Source: Takakia lepidozioides
Lineage: Eukaryota; Plantae; Bryophyta
Assembly (NCBI GenBank): GCA_030704615.1
Contig: CM060732.1
Span: forward strand, 69,750,001-69,814,000
Length of the DNA stretch: 64,000 bases
Direction of reading: 5' to 3'
This document shows, piece after piece, positions 63,102 to 64,000 of this stretch (within the stretch, counting starts at the first letter, position 1; each line of letters opens with the position of its first letter). Both the position numbers and the translations under genes were made by a program. The notes below the pieces were generated by a model. It made no database searches and was not told the DNA's origin. It saw nothing but the letters and a program-made list of their open reading frames with translations.

Positions 63102-64000
63102 CTAGTTAACGTCTTCGCATCCGAGGCGTGCATCTCTCTTGGAGCATCCCATGTCATTGTCTCCCCCTAGTGCTGCCAATTTAAAAAATCGTAAGGCGAG
63201 AAGGAGGTCCGCAATTGGGATGACACCATGTCGTAGTTCATCTACAACAAGGTCATCGAAGGATGGATGCATTGTAGCATCATCGTCATTAAATTCATAT
63301 GGGTCATGTGGAGGATTGCCCACATCATCGGACCCATCCCAACCGTCGGAGTCGGAGTCCCTCGCGGCGTCGGTGTCATCATTGCTGCTAGATTGGACCT
63401 CTGAGGCAGATTCTTCAGACAACAGATTCTTCTCGTACCATGCAGATGCGTCACTTGCTGTCCTCTCTCGCATTAGCCTACAATTTGTGTAGACATAAAC
63501 CAATTTGTCAGCCCTGGCAGGATTGAACCTGTTGCAAATCTTGTTGTGAACAAACGAGTAACTGCTCCATTCCGCTCACAGGATGAGGCAGAGCACACTT
63601 GAGCAAGAATACGCTTTGCAATGGGAGCTAATGTTCTTGCTCCAGCTCTAATCAGATCCCCCATTCATGTGGCAACATGTTCATTGCTTTTGGATCCGAC
63701 ATGTCATGGAAAGGATTCTGGCGATCCAAGAAGCACTGGTACTCGGACAAAGCTCGCTCTGCCATATTCAAGGGCGCGAGTTGCATGTTGACCCGTACAA
63801 GCCCAACTTTGGCATCCACATCGTCTCTCAAATCCGTATTATCCAGCAAGAATAGATTCAGCAAGGCCCCCGCATAATGCAAGTCGTGCGAACCATCCGT
63901 TTGCAGTCGTAAAGACATCGGCCACCACATTGTCCCATCCCGGTTTGTATTGGATATCCACGTTGAACACTGCCAAAGTGTCTTGTCACCTAAGTTGTTT
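63102..64000 (-). pseudogene. hAT-family transposase C-terminal part (dimerisation domain), frameshifted, continues beyond window
   Basis: HDLHYAGALLN; PHEWG/DL..AGARTLAPIAKRILAQVCSASSCERN/WSSYSFVHNK..NR.NPARADKLVYVYTNCRL followed by an acidic tail. Confidence 0.9.

Overview
Eukaryotic, intron-containing plant genomic DNA; a non-seed land plant (bryophyte-like) origin is inferred, not proven. The left 25 kb holds two spliced minus-strand genes that I reconstructed by hand. One is a LAX PANICLE 2/RAWUL-type protein with a long disordered N-terminus. The other is a myristoylated calcineurin-B-type EF-hand protein with one apparent +1 frameshift. From about 25 kb onward the window is a nest of transposon-derived DNA: an LTR-retroelement remnant with a dead gag, a WRKY-GCM1-type zinc-finger ORF, a TIR element holding a LINE 3' fragment, a large CACTA element with a nested non-autonomous CACTA (TIRs, TAT TSD), a ~120-bp satellite that flips orientation, and a hAT transposase C-terminus. 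The most notable signal is three enzyme-like cargo genes in this TE block: an intron-containing beta-class N4C/N6A DNA methyltransferase-like gene (33.4-35.0 kb), a SET-domain gene inside the CACTA (42.5-44.1 kb) and a protein kinase (56.3-57.3 kb). All three are frameshifted or carry stops in this copy. Domain calls come from motif recognition by eye; no database search was run.
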